Shown: positions 16,799-18,562 of the stretch, piece by piece
Layout of the letters: the number at the start of each line of letters is the position of its first letter
How positions within the stretch are numbered: position 1 is the stretch's first letter
NCBI GenBank assembly: GCA_038208905.1
Contig: JBBQYG010000070.1
Coordinates: 1 to 18,562 of the forward strand
Reading direction: 5' to 3'
From: Candidatus Sumerlaeia bacterium
GTDB taxonomy: Bacteria > Sumerlaeota > Sumerlaeia > SLMS01
Length of the DNA: 18,562 bases
Made by a program: the position numbers and the translations under genes
Notes under the pieces: model-generated
Database searches by the model: none
Seen by the model: only the letters and a program-made list of their open reading frames with translations
What the model was told of the DNA's origin: nothing

Positions 16799-17542
16799 GT
16801 GTTCCAGCGACCCACTTCGGTCACCGTGATGTCCGTTCTTGGAGTAATCTACGGGTCGTTCGCACTGCTTTGCTGCTCGCTGTCGCTGCTCGACGTCCTG
16901 CTTACGGGAATGGTGGCCGCGTCGAGTAGCGACGGCTTCATGGGCCGGGTGGTTGGGGCTCAGGAGGCGATTATCGCGGGCAACCCCCTCGTGCGCGCGC
17001 TACTTGCCATCTACAATCTCGGCGCCTTGGGGCTCGGCGCGTTTCTCATCGCCAGTTGCGTCGGATGCTTCATGATGAAACCGTGGGGGCGGGCGGGGAT
17101 GCTAGTATTCGCGGTGCTATCGATGCTGAATTCGGTGTTCGGAAACGTCGTCCACGCGATATACATTCAGCCCGCGGTGACGCAGGAACTGGCGACTCTG
17201 TGGTCTGTGACGCTTCCACCGGGGTCACTCGTCCTCGGTATCATTGCCGGTGTACTCTGCAACGTGATCTTCCTTTCTATCTACCCCATCGCCATTCTTG
17301 TGGTCTTCAACCGAAAGCTGGTCAGCGCGGCCTTCGCCGCGGGTGGATATCTGGTTCCACCCCCGCCACAGGCACCCTATCCCTACGCGACCGAACCACT
17401 CTACGGCTTTCCGCCCCCAGAGATCGCCGCTCCCCAGTATCCGGGCGGTTACCCGCCGCCCCAGCCTCCTGGCGGCTATGCCCCTCCTCCCGGCAGCTAT
17501 CCGCCTCCGCCGTCCGACCCGTCCGATTATCATCGCCAGTAG
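16799..17542 (+). CDS. Hypothetical membrane protein (~4 TM) with a Pro/Tyr/Gly-rich C-terminal tail, ~247 aa
   Basis: GTG at 16799 with GGAG at 16784-16787 gives MFQRPTSVTVMSVLGVIYG. Four hydrophobic stretches are followed by PGGYPPP-type repeats. The longer start at 16628 overlaps the VanZ gene and is not favoured. Confidence 0.72.
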   Translation: MFQRPTSVTVMSVLGVIYGSFALLCCSLSLLDVLLTGMVAASSSDGFMGRVVGAQEAIIAGNPLVRALLAIYNLGALGLGAFLIASCVGCFMMKPWGRAGMLVFAVLSMLNSVFGNVVHAIYIQPAVTQELATLWSVTLPPGSLVLGIIAGVLCNVIFLSIYPIAILVVFNRKLVSAAFAAGGYLVPPPPQAPYPYATEPLYGFPPPEIAAPQYPGGYPPPQPPGGYAPPPGSYPPPPSDPSDYHRQ

Positions 17543-17625
17543 GCTGTTTGCCCTTGCCGAAGAAGCCGTTCGCGCCACACTGACCCATTGAGCCGCACAA
17601 ATCCAACCCCGTACAGGTACCGCCG

Positions 17626-17964
17626 ATGCTGAAGCCCAAGGAGCGGGAGGAACTGCGACGCTTGATCGTCGAGCAGATCGCCAACATGGAAGAAAGTATC
17701 CGTAGCCTTCAGGAAATCATGGTCCCCGTCTCCCCCGATGCCGCCATCGGGCGCATCAGCCGCATGGACTCCCTCGTGAATCAGGGCACCGCCGAGCTTG
17801 CACTGAACGACGCCCAGAAGCGCATCGGTCGCCTCCGCGACAAGCTCACCAAAATCGACGATCCAGATTTCGGCAAGTGCGCTGGCTGCGGGGAATGGAT
17901 CCCCATCGACCGCCTCCGCGCCGCCCCCGACAAGGGCGTGTGCATGGCGTGCATGAAAAAATAG
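17626..17964 (+). CDS. TraR/DksA-family C4 zinc-finger protein
   Basis: Coiled-coil N-terminus, IGRISRMDS, then FGKCAGCGEWIPIDRLRAAPDKGVCMAC (CxxC-x17-CxxC). Confidence 0.88.
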   Translation: MLKPKEREELRRLIVEQIANMEESIRSLQEIMVPVSPDAAIGRISRMDSLVNQGTAELALNDAQKRIGRLRDKLTKIDDPDFGKCAGCGEWIPIDRLRAAPDKGVCMACMKK

Positions 17965-18150
17965 GGATGAGGGATGAACGATAGGGATGAGGGCTGAGGG
18001 ATGAACCTGTACCACCTATCCAATTGGCCGGGTGGGGTGTGGCCTCTCAGTTGATCGGCCCAAGGTTCCATAGGTCCTATACTTCCCATCAGTCCAACAA
18101 GCGCCACCGCCCCTGAATCCTTTGCCGTTCATCCCTTATCCATCATCCCT
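17961..18150. repeat. Intergenic element: heptamer (AGGGATG) tandem repeats forming a 24-bp inverted repeat around degenerate 9-mer repeats
   Basis: Left arm 17983-18006 AGGGATGAGGGCTGAGGGATGAAC versus the reverse complement of 18127-18150, AGGGATGATGGATAAGGGATGAAC (21/24 identical). Extra heptamers at 17963-17976, and 9-mers at 18059-18103. Confidence 0.8.
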
Positions 18151-18158
18151 GTCTCTTG

Positions 18159-18560
18159 TTATCCAATAATAATCCTGTCACCCACCCTCTGAATTCCCGT
18201 CTCGCGTTGTTCCGCCGCGGGTCCGTCGGGTGAAGCGAAGGGGAGCGTGATTTCAAACTCGGAGCCCTCGCCCGGGCGGCTGCGCGCGCGGATAGTGCCC
18301 CCCATGTTGCGGGCCAGACCATAGCTCACCGATAGCCCCAGCCCCGACCCCTTGCCGTCCTTCTTCGTTGTGAAGAATGGGTTGAAGATCTTGCCGAGCA
18401 CTTCCTCCGGGATGCCATGCCCCGTGTCGCGAACCGTGATGACCAGTTTCCCGCCGCGGGCATGATCCAGCCGCGACGAGATGACGATGCTGCCCCCGGC
18501 CTCCGTCGCATCGTAGGCATTGCGCAGCAGGTTGATGACGATCTGGCGCAGATAGTCGGA
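18159..18560 (-). CDS. Sensor histidine kinase, C-terminal HATPase_c domain (partial; runs off the right edge)
   Basis: Manual translation: [15 protein letters not shown] (N box), VRDTGHGIP (G1), IFNPFFTTK (F), [10 protein letters not shown] (G2), [12 protein letters not shown] at 18159-18161. Confidence 0.93.
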   Translation of the reverse strand, partial: SDYLRQIVINLLRNAYDATEAGGSIVISSRLDHARGGKLVITVRDTGHGIPEEVLGKIFNPFFTTKKDGKGSGLGLSVSYGLARNMGGTIRARSRPGEGSEFEITLPFASPDGPAAEQRETGIQRVGDRIIIG

Positions 18561-18562
18561 AC

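Noticed and set aside
17781-18107. 108-aa minus-strand ORF with GLM/GSI/GPM triplets
   Set aside because: It is just the translation of the 9-mer and heptamer repeats running antisense into the DksA-like gene.
17961-18150. CRISPR array
   Set aside because: Units are 7-9 nt with no unique spacers between 25-40-nt repeats, and there are no cas genes.

Overview
GC-rich bacterial chromosomal segment with no rRNA, tRNA, CRISPR or transposase signal that I can see. From left to right it holds: (1) the 5' end of a TetR-family regulator (-, partial) with an imperfect palindrome upstream. (2) A divergent three-gene type IV pilus operon (+): a 407-aa MshEN-domain protein that looks like a PilB/GspE ATPase with every catalytic motif degenerate, then pilT and pilU. 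(3) A disrupted membrane-protein gene (-). (4) An FkbM methyltransferase (-) and an HpcH/HpaI aldolase (+). (5) A tightly packed 7-gene, ~9.5-kb reductive pyrimidine catabolism operon (-): nitrilase-fold beta-ureidopropionase, NCS1 permease, AGXT2/PYD4-like aminotransferase, dihydropyrimidinase, CoA-acylating (methyl)malonate-semialdehyde dehydrogenase, preT and preA. (6) A VanZ-like protein, a membrane protein with a Pro/Tyr/Gly-rich tail, and a TraR/DksA C4 zinc-finger protein (all +). (7) A ~190-bp repeat-built intergenic element. (8) The 3' end of a histidine kinase (-, partial). The best candidate for an undescribed system is the pseudo-PilB coupled to the retraction motors PilT/PilU, possibly a c-di-GMP-sensing regulator. 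All family calls come from motif recognition by eye; no searches were run.
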